NCBI GenBank assembly: GCA_040768745.1
Contig: JAXGMI010000001.1
Span: forward strand, 1,280,001-1,344,000
Length of the DNA: 64,000 bases
Reading direction: 5' to 3'
Origin: Desulfomicrobium sp.
GTDB taxonomy: Bacteria > Desulfobacterota > Desulfovibrionia > Desulfovibrionales > Desulfomicrobiaceae
Shown here: one piece after another, positions 50,750-60,819 of the stretch
Layout: each line of letters begins with the position of its first letter
Position numbering within the stretch: the stretch's first letter is position 1
Position numbers and translations under genes: made by a program
Notes under the pieces: generated by a model
Told to the model about the DNA's origin: nothing
What the model saw: only the letters and a program-made list of their open reading frames with translations
The model's database searches: none

Positions 50750-53700
50750 TCAGCCGCTTTCTTCCTCTTCGCAGGAGAAAATCACTTCTCCGCGCAGGCG
50801 GACTGAACGCACCCGCAGATGGCCGTTGGCCCTCAGCAGGCTTTGATTCAGGCAAGGACGTCCGCCCTCCATGCCGATGCCCAGCAACCCGTAGGCGGCC
50901 CAGAGCATCCGCGCCGCCGCGCCTGTGTACCAGCTCCACCCGCCCCGGCCCGCATAGCCCGGCCCGGAGAAGATGTCCGCAGGCTGCTGGTGCGGTGGGA
51001 GGCCATAGATCTGCACCTCGCCGGCCAGGGCATGGGCCAGGGGCGAGATCTTGAGCCAGACCCGCAGGGCATGCCTGCGCCAGAGTTCGGCCTGGGCCGC
51101 ATCCCCGGCCCGGGACGCGCTGGTGGCCAGGAGGGTCAGGGCATCGACCATCCACGACGCGCCGTGGGAATACTGGGCCCCGTTCTCCCGCACGCCAGGG
51201 GGGTAGTCCGCGATGCGGCCGGGGTAGGGCGAGGAGGACTCGTCAAAAAACGGCGTCAGCAAAAGGACCATGTTCTCCTTTTCCAGCGCCCCCAGACCGG
51301 TCATCAGGGCTGCGGCCCCCTGGGCCTGCTCCACCGCGCCGGACAGGAGGGGCCAGGCCGAGCACAGGGCGTCAACGTAGTCCAGGATTTCCCCCCTGTC
51401 GGTCACGGCCCGGAGGAAATGGTCTCCGCGCCAGGCCCTCTGCAGGGCTCCCTGCAGCCTGGCGGCATGGTCCCGGTACTGGTCGGACCTGTCCTGACCT
51501 TCCCGCGCCTCCACCAGGGGGATCATGGTCCGCAGCACGTCGTAGAGGAAAAAGCCCAGCCAGACACTGGTGCCCTTGCCACCGGGACCCACGGCGTTCA
51601 GCCCGTCGTTCCAGTCGTGGGTGCCCATGAGGGGCAGTCCGCTGGCCCCCAGCCGGGAGAGGGTCAGGTCCATGGCCCGCCTGCAGTGTTCGTACAGGCT
51701 GGCGCTGTCCCTGGACACCCTGGGGGTGAAGGCGATGCCCTCCTCGTCACGGGGGATCCGCAGCCCTTCCAGGAAGGGCACCTCCTCGTCCAGGATGGCG
51801 CTGTCCCCGCTGCACGTCACGTAACGGCAGGTCAGGTACGGCAGCCACAGATGCGGGTCCGAGGCCCTGTTGCGCATGCCCAGACCGGTCTTGCCGTCCC
51901 AGGTCTGATGCCACCACTGCAGCACGTCGCCGTCCCGGAACTGCTGCCGGGCATGGAGCAGGATCTGCTCCCGGGCCTGCTCCGGGCGCAGCAGGATGAG
52001 CGGGAGCACATCCTGAAGCTGGTCCCGGAACCCGTAGGCCCCGCCGCGCTGCTGGGGCCCCAGCCGGCCCCACAGGCGGGCGGTCAGGGTCTGGTACGGG
52101 AGCCAGCAGTTCACCAGCCGGTCCAGGGCCGGGCTGGTGGTCTCCACCTGCATGACGTCCAGGACGTCCCGCCACCAGGTCTTGGTCCGCTCCAGGGCCA
52201 GGAGCACGTCCCCGATCCGGGACAGGCTGGCGATGCGTTCCCGGCAGGCCGGGACGTCCGCCTCCTGACCCAGGAGCACATGCATGCACGCCTCGCTCCG
52301 GGCCGGGATGGTGATGGTTCCGGACAGGGCCGCGGCCCGGTACCCGTCGTCGTCCATGCCTGTGTCCGGACAGCCGCAGTCGACCATGTACGGGTCCTCG
52401 AAGTCCCGCCCCTCGCCCAGGAACCGGCTCAGGCTCGTCTCCGTGACGGTCAGGGCCAGGCTGGAGAAGACAAAGGCGCAGCCGCGGTGGAAGCTGTTGT
52501 CCTGGCGACAGAAGAACAGCGCCCCCAGGGTCTGGTCCGCCTCGGCCTGGATCAGGCCAAGGGAGTCCGAGGCCACCTCGGCCAGGATCATCTGGGCGAA
52601 ATAGGTCACGGTGTAGGTCACGGGCCGGTCGCCCGTGTTGGCGATCCGCAGGACGCGGGCCTCCACGGGCTGGTCGTGGAGGACAAAGGCGGTCAACTCG
52701 GTCTCGATGCAGCGCTGCTTCTTACCGAACACGCAGTATCCGGGTCCGAAGGTGATGTCATACCCGGCGTCCCGCTCCCGGAACGGGACAAAAGTCGGGG
52801 AGGTCAGCTCGCCCGTGGCCGCGTTGCGCAGATAGAAGATCTGGCCCGGGTTCTGGGTGGTCAAGGGGTCGGGCGAAAAGGGCGTCAGCGCGTTCTGCTG
52901 GGAGTTGCCCATGAAGGAGGACATGGCCCCGTCGTTGGTGACCAGGGTGCCGTAGCCCAGTTCGTTGGCCATGAGGTGGGCCCAGCGGCGGGGGGTCCGC
53001 CAGCCCACGTGCAGTTCCCGGCCGTCCTCGGAGAAGCGGAACTCGTCCGTGGGCGCGGGGTGGAGCATGTCCGCCAGGCTTGGCTCTGCGATCTCGCGGA
53101 TGGGCCCCCGGGGCGTGGTCGGATGGACGACAACCGGAGCCTCGGGCAACGCGAGCAGGTCCTGCAGGAGGGCCGTCCCTTCCTCGGCCGAGGGCGCGTA
53201 CCCGTCCACCAGGACGAGGTCCACGACCTGGCCCGGTTCCAGGTCCACGGCCAGCCGCAGGCTGGCGATGGGGTCGAAGGTGTAGTGCAGGTCGAGGTCG
53301 TCCAGGGACCTGGCCGGGGCGGACAGCCCGGCCGGGTCGCGCAGGGAGTCGTCCCCGATGAAGCGGTTGCGGCTGTCCTGGTATCCAACGATCCTGGCCT
53401 GGGCCTCGAAGCCCGGGGGCACGCTGGCCGCATGGAAATAGACCTCAGGCGAGGGCCGGCGCCTCCGCGGATCGGGTTCGGCGGTTTTGACGATCCGGTT
53501 GCGGGCGAAGACGGCCCCGACCTCGGCCACGAACCAGGTGGCGATGTGCTGCCGGTTGTAGAAGGGATGGCGCAGGTGCGGGTTCCTGTCGTTCAGGCAG
53601 ACCTCGCGGTAGGTGGACAGCTCCAGGCTGCGCGCCCTGTCCGTATGGTTGGTCAGGCGCAGGCGGCAGACCTCGGCGGTCAGGTTTTCGGGCAGGTCGA

Positions 53701-56287
53701 TCTCGGCCGTGGCCCCGATGCCCTGACAGGTGCAGGTCATGCGCACCGAGAGGGGCCCCGTGGACTGCACATGGGTCTGGGCGTCGTCGCGCCGGATGGG
53801 GCGGCAGCCCAGGGTCCAGGTCTCGTCCCCCTCGCGCAGGTAGAGGAATTTCCCGGCGTTGTGGGCCCGGGACGTGGCCCTGTTGGTCAGGTCGTATTCC
53901 GCCCCGTGGCGCACGGCGCTGAAGACGCGGCTGTAGCCCCGGCCGTCCCGGCCCTGGACCACGGTGTAGACCCCGTTGTGCAGGACGATTTCGTCCGGCG
54001 GGCAGAACCCGGGAGGCCGCAGGCCGCATGCCACGCATGCCACGCGGGCCTCGCCCCTGGGCTTGCGGGCCGAGGGGCGAGGCCACAGGGCCGCCACGGC
54101 GATGGCGGCGCAGAAGAGGAGCAGGAGCACGGCCAGGGCGGAAACCTGCCCCTGGCCGGTCTTCTGGATGGCTTCGGACGTGTCCCAGACGTGGGCCCAG
54201 TCCGCGCCCTGGGGCAGGAAGAAGGGGATGAGCAGCGGGGCCCAGGTGGCGAAGCGGCGCAGGGCCTCGGGGATGCAGCGGGCCCGGCCAGGATGGCCCT
54301 GGAAGCGGGCCAGGAGTTCATCCAGGGCGTCGCCGCCCACAAAGGACAGGTTGACCAGGGTGGCCACGCGCAGGCCCATGTGGTCGAACCAGATGAGGAC
54401 GCGCACCCAATCGTAGGCCAGGAGGTACATGAAGGTTTGGATGCTCCAGCCCCGGAAGGCCTCTGGGCTGAGGGTGATGTTCTGCCAGATGGCGGCCACC
54501 GTCCGCACGGCCCCGTCCTGGTTGTACCAGGTCGGGTCTCCGGAAATGCGCAGCAGGGAGTAGATGACCGGGGCCATCCACAGACCCCAGCGCAGGACGC
54601 GCACGGTCTGCTCGGCCACGCCCACGAGCCCCTGTCGGCTGAAGAGCATGCGCACCGGGTCCAGGCTGCGGGCGAAGAGGGCCGTCAGGAAGAAGAAGTT
54701 CACGCTGAAGAGCGGGGCGGCCAGGGACCAGTTGATCACCCCGGACACGGACTCGTTGTACAGGATGCGGGCGCTGCCCGTGTGCGGGCCGAGGTTCATG
54801 GCCCCCCATTTGCTGAACAGGGGATAGATGATGTAGTCGTGCGGGTTGCCCAGGCGCAGGGTGACGTAGAGCCGGAACTTCTCCACCACCACGGCGCTCT
54901 GGGTCGGGTCCACGTACCAGGAGATGGCCCCGCCCACGAACCCGCCCAGCAGTGCGCCGGTCAGGCTGACCCGCCAGGACTGGAAATGGCTGCGCCGGCC
55001 GCGGAGCATGTCCAGGCAGTCCATGGCCACGTTGGCCCCGGCATAGGCCACGGCCCCCATCAGCACCCCGAGCAGGAAGCGGTCCAGGGGGGCCTTGTGG
55101 ATGAAGACCGTCACGGGGATGATGTACATGCCCAGGCCCAGGATGGCCCCGCGCAGGTACAGGTGCGGTTGCAGGTAGCTGTTCATGAGCCGGAAGTGGA
55201 AGGGTTTGCTCCCGTCAAAGGACTCCAGGATTGTCTTGGCCAGGGGCATGAATCCTGCAGCCAGCAGGACGTGGCCCAGGAGGGGCTGGACCTGGTGCAC
55301 GGCCAGGAGCAGGGGCGAGGCGACCATGGTCTCGACCGTGAACATGAGGCCCAGGAACAGGGCGCTGTAGGTGGAGCCCTTGACCAGGCCGTCCTTGAAG
55401 GAGCGGGCGCCCCAGTACCCGGCCGGCCGCCGGCCCTTCATGGCGTCCATCAGCAGGCCGGTCATGACAAACGTCTCGGCCCACAGCCCGGCCTGGGCCA
55501 CGGCCACGCAGAGGATGGCGGCCAGGACGCCCAGCCCCAGGGGAAGGGCGGCCACGTCCTGGGAGGAGCCCATGTCCGCCAGCAGGGGGCTCAGGCCGGC
55601 CAGGAAGGCCGAGGACAGCAGCAGGAGGTAGGACTTGAGTTCGCGGGGCACCGTGCGCACGCACAGGGCGTTGAGCAGGATGGCCGTGGCGCAGTTGAAC
55701 CCGGCCAGGATCAAGACCCGTCCGGCCAGCTCCTGGCCGCGCCAGGTCAGCAGCCCGGCACCGGGCAGGGCCGCGCCCATCTGCTGGACCATGGCCGGGG
55801 CCTGCAGGATCAGGAGCCAGTTGAAGATCAGGGGTGCGGCCAGCAGTCCGGCCTGGGCCAGGAGGGACGGATGCCGCCCGGTCTTGCCCAGGCACACGGC
55901 CAGCAGGATGATGTGGGCCAGGGCCAGGAAGGTGGCGCACAGGGGGCTGACGTGCAGGAGGTCGGACCATGCTGCCGGGGCCTGCCAGATGTCCACGCCC
56001 TGGTGGCTGGCCAGGGTCAGCAGGAAGGGTATGGCTGCGTCGCGGAAGGCCTCGGACAGGGACAGGGCGCGGCGCGCAACGGACTTGGCGAGGATCAGGG
56101 CGCTGGCCAGGCCCATGAGACCGGCCAGGAGGGCCGGACCAGTCGTCTGGTTCAGGAGGGGAAGATGCAGGGGCCAGGTCGCGATGCCTCCGTGCACCAG
56201 GGGGGTGGCACAGCCAAAGAGGACCAGGGCGGAGCAGAAGACAATCCGGGACGGTAGGGGAAGGGTCGCATAGGGAGATAGGTTCAC
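50750..56287 (-). CDS. 1845-aa protein: polytopic membrane N-terminus plus GH94 glycoside phosphorylase (NdvB/Cgs C-terminus-like)
   Basis: Motifs GAYGFRDQLQD, QQFRDGDVLQWWH, SDPHLWL, DWNDG, ENGAQYSH and GGWSWYTGAA. Confidence 0.88.
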   Translation of the reverse strand: MNLSPYATLPLPSRIVFCSALVLFGCATPLVHGGIATWPLHLPLLNQTTGPALLAGLMGLASALILAKSVARRALSLSEAFRDAAIPFLLTLASHQGVDIWQAPAAWSDLLHVSPLCATFLALAHIILLAVCLGKTGRHPSLLAQAGLLAAPLIFNWLLILQAPAMVQQMGAALPGAGLLTWRGQELAGRVLILAGFNCATAILLNALCVRTVPRELKSYLLLLSSAFLAGLSPLLADMGSSQDVAALPLGLGVLAAILCVAVAQAGLWAETFVMTGLLMDAMKGRRPAGYWGARSFKDGLVKGSTYSALFLGLMFTVETMVASPLLLAVHQVQPLLGHVLLAAGFMPLAKTILESFDGSKPFHFRLMNSYLQPHLYLRGAILGLGMYIIPVTVFIHKAPLDRFLLGVLMGAVAYAGANVAMDCLDMLRGRRSHFQSWRVSLTGALLGGFVGGAISWYVDPTQSAVVVEKFRLYVTLRLGNPHDYIIYPLFSKWGAMNLGPHTGSARILYNESVSGVINWSLAAPLFSVNFFFLTALFARSLDPVRMLFSRQGLVGVAEQTVRVLRWGLWMAPVIYSLLRISGDPTWYNQDGAVRTVAAIWQNITLSPEAFRGWSIQTFMYLLAYDWVRVLIWFDHMGLRVATLVNLSFVGGDALDELLARFQGHPGRARCIPEALRRFATWAPLLIPFFLPQGADWAHVWDTSEAIQKTGQGQVSALAVLLLLFCAAIAVAALWPRPSARKPRGEARVACVACGLRPPGFCPPDEIVLHNGVYTVVQGRDGRGYSRVFSAVRHGAEYDLTNRATSRAHNAGKFLYLREGDETWTLGCRPIRRDDAQTHVQSTGPLSVRMTCTCQGIGATAEIDLPENLTAEVCRLRLTNHTDRARSLELSTYREVCLNDRNPHLRHPFYNRQHIATWFVAEVGAVFARNRIVKTAEPDPRRRRPSPEVYFHAASVPPGFEAQARIVGYQDSRNRFIGDDSLRDPAGLSAPARSLDDLDLHYTFDPIASLRLAVDLEPGQVVDLVLVDGYAPSAEEGTALLQDLLALPEAPVVVHPTTPRGPIREIAEPSLADMLHPAPTDEFRFSEDGRELHVGWRTPRRWAHLMANELGYGTLVTNDGAMSSFMGNSQQNALTPFSPDPLTTQNPGQIFYLRNAATGELTSPTFVPFRERDAGYDITFGPGYCVFGKKQRCIETELTAFVLHDQPVEARVLRIANTGDRPVTYTVTYFAQMILAEVASDSLGLIQAEADQTLGALFFCRQDNSFHRGCAFVFSSLALTVTETSLSRFLGEGRDFEDPYMVDCGCPDTGMDDDGYRAAALSGTITIPARSEACMHVLLGQEADVPACRERIASLSRIGDVLLALERTKTWWRDVLDVMQVETTSPALDRLVNCWLPYQTLTARLWGRLGPQQRGGAYGFRDQLQDVLPLILLRPEQAREQILLHARQQFRDGDVLQWWHQTWDGKTGLGMRNRASDPHLWLPYLTCRYVTCSGDSAILDEEVPFLEGLRIPRDEEGIAFTPRVSRDSASLYEHCRRAMDLTLSRLGASGLPLMGTHDWNDGLNAVGPGGKGTSVWLGFFLYDVLRTMIPLVEAREGQDRSDQYRDHAARLQGALQRAWRGDHFLRAVTDRGEILDYVDALCSAWPLLSGAVEQAQGAAALMTGLGALEKENMVLLLTPFFDESSSPYPGRIADYPPGVRENGAQYSHGASWMVDALTLLATSASRAGDAAQAELWRRHALRVWLKISPLAHALAGEVQIYGLPPHQQPADIFSGPGYAGRGGWSWYTGAAARMLWAAYGLLGIGMEGGRPCLNQSLLRANGHLRVRSVRLRGEVIFSCEEEESG

Positions 56288-56488
56288 GCAGGTTCCGGTC
56301 AGGCTGAGGGTCAGTTGGTCAGGGCAAACGGCGCTGGGCGTTGCGCCTGGGTGCGGCCATGAGGTTCCTTCTTGGCATCAGAGGCCGGGGAATTCAAGGG
56401 TTGCAGCATTGTCATTCTGTATTTGCGTTCACCTTGCGTGCGTAGGGATGGGAACGTCCAATATGTGCAGACGCCAGGGAGAACAATT

Positions 56489-56523
56489 CTGGAAAGGCGG
56501 GGGAACATTCCCCGCCTTTCCAG
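56489..56523. terminator. Strong hairpin downstream of pilY1
   Basis: 14-bp stem CTGGAAAGGCGGGG/CCCCGCCTTTCCAG. Confidence 0.7.
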
Positions 56524-56571
56524 TTCAATAGTGGTCGTCGTGATCGCAATATGCAGGTCAACCTGTCCTGA

Positions 56572-59500
56572 TCACCTCCTCAACCAGAATAGAGGACCAG
56601 ATTTGACGGATAGAGGGGTGCTGAGTTCGATAGTCTCAATGGCTCCTGTACTTGATTGGATGAAGGCGGTTGGGCCGTCTTCACCAACATGCAAGTTCGG
56701 GGTGAGGGCCATGCCCTTGCCAAGATTGCCGAAGGTGCTGAGGGTGTCCCCGCTGGCCCCGAGAATGGGTAGGTAGAAGGCGGTTCCCGTTTTATAGAAC
56801 AGGGCCCAGAGGTTGCTGGTCCCTTCAAAGGAACATACATCGCTGGATGGCAGGTAGGTTGTGAAGATGACGGCTCCGCCGAGAACGGCGGCCTGTCCCA
56901 GGACCCTTTCCCGGGCGGGAACGAAATCCTGCCTCCAACCCGGAGTGCCCGCTACCGCGTCGAGCAGATTCTGCCAGCTTCCTGGCGCAGAACCGCCTGT
57001 CAACAAGGATCCTCCTTTGTATACCTGGACGCAATTAATGTCGTTGATGCCCCCGCAGGTGCTGTTGTTCAGGATGACGTCCGTGCTGTTGTAGAGGGCT
57101 GAAGAGTTGACTGTCGCCCAGGTCTTGTTTCCACCGGATTCAGGTTCTTTGACTCCATAGAAGCTCATGTGGGCGGCCTGGGGGATGTCGTCGCGGTTGA
57201 AGAACCGGCCCGTGCCGAAGTAGACCCAAAGCCGTTTTGTTTCGTCCATGGCGACGGAAGGCGCGGCCGTGACGGGCTGGCCGACGTTGATGAGGGTGGA
57301 TGTCGACCAGGACATAGGGGCCAGGTTGTCGTTGTTGGTTAAAAGCCGGTACATCTTTCCCTGTCCGTTAGTCTGGTCTCCGGCCACCGTTCCGAAGTAG
57401 ACTACGTCAGTCTTGAATTCCTCGGGACTGGCATAGGGACCGATGTTGAGATCGACAGATATGGGGTCGGAAACGAAGGATCCCGCCTCAGTGGAGTTGA
57501 AGACAGCGCCTCCAGTGACGACATTGCCGGCACTGTTGATGCTTTTGACCGTTTTTTCGGCAACCAGCGCTTTCAGGTCAAGGACAAACAGTTTGCCCGC
57601 CTGGTCACTGGTTTCCACAGAAAGCTTGAGCCTGGAGGCGTCGCCGGTTGAACTGGCCGGACCTGAGCCGAAGACGAGATACCATTGATTGGCCGCCGCC
57701 GTGTTGGCGTTGCGCGCAGTCATGGGCATGACTGTCGGGTAGCAGGTGGTGAAGCCCTGCCCGGGCATGGTGATTTCGCCGAGGAGGGTCGGAGCCTGTT
57801 CAGGGTTGGTAATGTCCATGATGACATAGGCCGAGGTCAGTGTTCGATCGGTGCCTGTGTTCAAGGCGTTGCCGTCGGTCTTGTCAATGTCCGCTTCGAT
57901 CTTGCCGCCGCCGAGACGCATGCCAGCCACGAGGATCGTGCCCCATCCGTCGGGATGGGTGGCGTTGTTCATGGGCGTGACTCCGTCAGATTGGAAGAAA
58001 ACCCGGGCATCAAAGACTCGGGGTTTCAGATCAATGTACGCGACATGGAGGTTTTCTCCGTACTCGGGATTCATGAGCCATTTGAGGTGGGGGAGCAGGT
58101 TGTAGGGGACATAGGCCCAGACCTCCATGCCGAGGTCAAAATTGGTTTCCCCGTTGGGGGAGGTGAAGAAGGCTTTTTGGGTGCTGTTGTAGAATCCTCC
58201 GTTGAAGGCGTGGAGCATTCCGTCGTTGGCGCCGGCATACACCATCAGCCTGCGGTTCATGTATTTTTTGAAGAAACCTTCATAGGTCTTGTCCTGGTAG
58301 ATCAGGTGGTAGTTTTCAGCGGGCTTGTCCACAACGGTGGGCGAGGAGAAGATGATGTCGCCAAGCCGCCAAGGGTTGCCGTTCAAGCTGCGGCTTCGTA
58401 CGGTGTCCGGAATTCCTGAAACAGTGGAGTTGCCCACGTCCTTGCCCCGGATGAACTCGACTTGTCTTCGGGCCAGGGTGGCCTGATAGGTTGCGAAGGA
58501 GGTGGGGTTGGTGTTCCGCAAAGTGTTTATGGAACTCTGGACTGTGTTGGTCAGGTCCAGGCTGATGCTACCTGAACTCGATTCATAGAGGGTCAGATAG
58601 TTGTAGAAGTGATCCGCCGAGTTCAGGATTGTGGGGTTGCTTGGCAGGGCGAAGTCTTGAATCTCCCCGTTCCCGTAGTCCGCGACCATGTTGTTGTTCT
58701 TGTCGACGAAGGTAAAGATGTACCTATTGGATGCAGCGGTGTCATAGCTGGTCCGTTGCGAAATGGCCTGGGCGTCGGACAGACTATTGAGCCAAGTGCT
58801 CGTGGACCAGAGGAAGTTGATGTCGTTAATGGAATCTAGCGCGGTGAGATTTGTTTCGTTGTTGCTGATAACGGAATCCCCGTTGGTGTCGGTGTGGGCG
58901 TAAATGAGCTCTTCATCGAACTGGATGACTTTGTCCGCGAGTAGGTCGAGCCTTTTGTTGCCGTTGGTGTCCTCTCGCATGTTGCCGCGGGCGTCGAGCA
59001 GATAGGCGTGGATTTGCCCTGACCAGTAAGGGGCGATCTGGTTGACGTTGGTCGGAGGGAAGAACAGGGCCTGATAGACGCCGCCCTCGCCGCTGCGGGT
59101 CTGAGAGGTCACCGCTGCGGCCGTGCCCGAGGCGATGCTTGCCGTGGCCAGTTGGAAGGCCTGGAAGATGGACGCTTCGAGTTCCTGGCCGGTTTCGGCC
59201 TCGAAGTAGTTGTCTGGCATGCCGTCGCCGTCCGTGTCATATTCATTTTGCAGGTCCGGGAGGTTGTTGCCGTTGGAGTCGACGAATCTTCCGTAACGTG
59301 CCGCATCCCGCAATAGAGTGCTTCCCCGGCCAAAGGCGAAGACGGCATAGAAATCGACATTCTGGGTTCCCTGAAGATCGGAGCGCAAATCAGTGGTTTG
59401 CCCCCAATGGGCGACATCGATTAAGTATGGAGATCCATTATCAGAAAGAGAATAGGTATGGGGTTTGGGGTTGACCCTGTTGCGAATTGAAGACGGGATG

Positions 59501-60495
59501 GCCTGATCCTGAGTGCTTTCACCGTCTGTGATCAGGATGACGTTCTGTTGGGTGCAATGCACGTCTTGTCCCAAGGCGGGGAAATAATAGGGATCATTTG
59601 TTGTAGATGTCGCATAGCTTGTGTTATACAAGTACCGTGGTCCATATGTTCCACCTACAGTGTCTTGTTTTATATATCCATATACTGTGTATAGAGATTC
59701 AGCCAAAGGTGTCCATGTTGTTGGGTCGACTGTGTTGACTGTGTTGATAAGATTGTTCAGAGTATTGACATCTTCACTCATGTAGTGTCTCACCTGTGCT
59801 CCATCGTCGTAGTCATAAACAAAAAGAGCCATGCGAGACTTGTCTTTAAATGCATGCAAAACTCCTTCTTTTGAAGGTCCTTGTACGCGCATTCTAAATG
59901 ATCTATCTGCCCATGAAGAATATGAGTATGTTTTAGTTTCCATACTCATAGTTTGTGAGCTTGGTTCATGGTCTATATATCTGAGTGATGCATATGGGGT
60001 CATTTTTTTTGTGTCGCCGTTTAAATCAACTACAGCATTATCAACATAGCTGAAAGAATCTACTCTATTTGCTGAATCTTGATTTTCAATCCAATAGTAC
60101 CCACTATTATAATTTCCACCTCCTAGCACTTTTCGCGCGACGTCGCATCTGTGCATTGTGGCCCAATTCAGCCAATTGCCGTTCCAAGTCCCTGTGGCAT
60201 TGTTCGGCTGAAAATATGATGTTGAACTATATGTATAGTACGTCCGAGGATCGAAATATCCGTAGTATTCCCGTGATGAATTGAATGATTCAGTATAAGC
60301 TCTCTGGAGCATACTGCCGGAGTTATCCAATATGATGATGATGGACGGCTTCTCATCTCTGGCCAGAAAGGGTGGGATCCAGTTAAAGTCGGTGGCCTTG
60401 TATGCGAGAAGAGGCTGGGACAGGAAGACGCAGGCTGTCAGAATCAGGCTGCAAAAAAGGGCCTTATTCGCAAACGATCTGTATCTCATAGACAT
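56572..60495 (-). CDS. pilY1: PilY1/PilC type IV pilus tip adhesin with a vWA domain
   Basis: Signal peptide. MIDAS motifs LDNSGSM, TPLAESL and ITDGE. PilC propeller motifs LGDIIFSSP, GANDGMLHAF and YFGTGR. Confidence 0.92.
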   Translation of the reverse strand: MSMRYRSFANKALFCSLILTACVFLSQPLLAYKATDFNWIPPFLARDEKPSIIIILDNSGSMLQRAYTESFNSSREYYGYFDPRTYYTYSSTSYFQPNNATGTWNGNWLNWATMHRCDVARKVLGGGNYNSGYYWIENQDSANRVDSFSYVDNAVVDLNGDTKKMTPYASLRYIDHEPSSQTMSMETKTYSYSSWADRSFRMRVQGPSKEGVLHAFKDKSRMALFVYDYDDGAQVRHYMSEDVNTLNNLINTVNTVDPTTWTPLAESLYTVYGYIKQDTVGGTYGPRYLYNTSYATSTTNDPYYFPALGQDVHCTQQNVILITDGESTQDQAIPSSIRNRVNPKPHTYSLSDNGSPYLIDVAHWGQTTDLRSDLQGTQNVDFYAVFAFGRGSTLLRDAARYGRFVDSNGNNLPDLQNEYDTDGDGMPDNYFEAETGQELEASIFQAFQLATASIASGTAAAVTSQTRSGEGGVYQALFFPPTNVNQIAPYWSGQIHAYLLDARGNMREDTNGNKRLDLLADKVIQFDEELIYAHTDTNGDSVISNNETNLTALDSINDINFLWSTSTWLNSLSDAQAISQRTSYDTAASNRYIFTFVDKNNNMVADYGNGEIQDFALPSNPTILNSADHFYNYLTLYESSSGSISLDLTNTVQSSINTLRNTNPTSFATYQATLARRQVEFIRGKDVGNSTVSGIPDTVRSRSLNGNPWRLGDIIFSSPTVVDKPAENYHLIYQDKTYEGFFKKYMNRRLMVYAGANDGMLHAFNGGFYNSTQKAFFTSPNGETNFDLGMEVWAYVPYNLLPHLKWLMNPEYGENLHVAYIDLKPRVFDARVFFQSDGVTPMNNATHPDGWGTILVAGMRLGGGKIEADIDKTDGNALNTGTDRTLTSAYVIMDITNPEQAPTLLGEITMPGQGFTTCYPTVMPMTARNANTAAANQWYLVFGSGPASSTGDASRLKLSVETSDQAGKLFVLDLKALVAEKTVKSINSAGNVVTGGAVFNSTEAGSFVSDPISVDLNIGPYASPEEFKTDVVYFGTVAGDQTNGQGKMYRLLTNNDNLAPMSWSTSTLINVGQPVTAAPSVAMDETKRLWVYFGTGRFFNRDDIPQAAHMSFYGVKEPESGGNKTWATVNSSALYNSTDVILNNSTCGGINDINCVQVYKGGSLLTGGSAPGSWQNLLDAVAGTPGWRQDFVPARERVLGQAAVLGGAVIFTTYLPSSDVCSFEGTSNLWALFYKTGTAFYLPILGASGDTLSTFGNLGKGMALTPNLHVGEDGPTAFIQSSTGAIETIELSTPLSVKSGPLFWLRR

Positions 60496-60781
60496 GGAAA
60501 CCCCCGTTTTGATCTGTAGCGTTCGTGCAGCGGACCACGGCCTTCACGTTGTCCATGTGTTCCTTGAGCGTTCCAGGTCTTTCTCCGCAATCGAGGATCG
60601 TGGCATTTGACGGAATGGATTTGGTCAATCCATCCTCCTGGCGGGTCACGACCCATTCGCCTCGATGTTGCAGGACCCATGTTCCGCTGCAAGGATTGAA
60701 TTTTTCAATTTCCCGCTCTTCGGATAAAACTGATCCTGCAAAAAGTAATGCTGCTAAGGCAGTTAGAAGTGCTGTGCGCAT
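60464..60781 (-). CDS. Small secreted four-cysteine protein
   Basis: GGAG RBS and signal peptide MRTALLTALAALLFAGSVLS. Confidence 0.6.
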   Translation of the reverse strand: MRTALLTALAALLFAGSVLSEEREIEKFNPCSGTWVLQHRGEWVVTRQEDGLTKSIPSNATILDCGERPGTLKEHMDNVKAVVRCTNATDQNGGFHVYEIQIVCE

Positions 60782-60819
60782 GGCGTCTCCGTCAGGGGCG
60801 TTTGATGTATTGAATCGGT

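Noticed and set aside
50819..56257. 1812-aa plus-strand ORF
   Set aside because: Antisense shadow of the GC-rich GH94 gene, with no recognisable motifs.
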